Positions 63,989 through 64,000 of a stretch of 64,000 nucleotides of DNA are shown here, piece by piece. The stretch covers positions 3,744-67,743 of the forward strand of contig CAWFVH010000011.1 in NCBI GenBank assembly GCA_963819275.1. The letters run 5' to 3'. Position numbers and translations under genes: made by a program. The stretch comes from an uncultured Actinomycetes bacterium. Lineage in GTDB: Bacteria > Actinomycetota > Thermoleophilia > Gaiellales > Gaiellaceae. Position 1 is the first letter of the stretch, and each line of letters opens with the position of its first letter. A model generated the notes under the pieces. That model saw only the letters and a program-made list of their open reading frames with translations. It was not told the origin of the DNA and made no database searches.

Positions 63989-64000
63989 CTGACCCCTCGC

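Overview
Very GC-rich (about 70% by eye), gene-dense core-chromosome segment. Synteny looks actinobacterial: metG-tatD-rsmA-ispE, tRNA-Gln-glmU-prs, rplY(ctc)-pth, mfd-PPIase-mazG-eno-pyk-ftsB-DUF501. I call 72 intact-looking CDS, 3 frameshifted conserved genes and one tRNA-Gln(UUG). I see no rRNA, CRISPR, transposase, integrase or phage genes. Many neighbouring genes overlap by ATGA/GTGA (translational coupling), GTG/TTG starts are common, and several promoters look leaderless. Functional blocks are: pseudouridine salvage (kinase-GNAT-psuG); envelope genes (LCP, M23 peptidase, L,D-transpeptidase, PPIase lipoprotein); a five-gene extracytoplasmic thiol-reductant operon (ldt-tlpA-tlpA-ccmH-ccdA); the sulfur-carrier cysteine pathway (moeZ-like, cysO, cysM, mec); an RpoD-type sigma factor; a multi-GAF PP2C phosphatase; a sensor-less NarL-type two-component pair; SoxR beside a split transketolase; and assorted regulators and transporters. 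The most noteworthy observations are these. (1) A textbook SoxR-type promoter (19-nt spacer, perfect palindrome) drives a leaderless split-transketolase operon. (2) A perfect Cheo/LexA box lies upstream of a SplB-like radical-SAM gene. (3) Three independent +1 frame disruptions fall within 7.4 kb, in the M23 peptidase, tatD and the essential prs gene; assembly insertion errors are the most likely cause. (4) Two related CTAG-bounded palindromic intergenic elements and a separate 28-nt repeat are present. (5) CysO carries one residue after its Gly-Gly, next to a JAMM protease and a domain-permuted MoeZ. No defence island or clearly new multi-gene system is evident. All calls come from reading the ORF translations and the sequence by eye, with no database searches.
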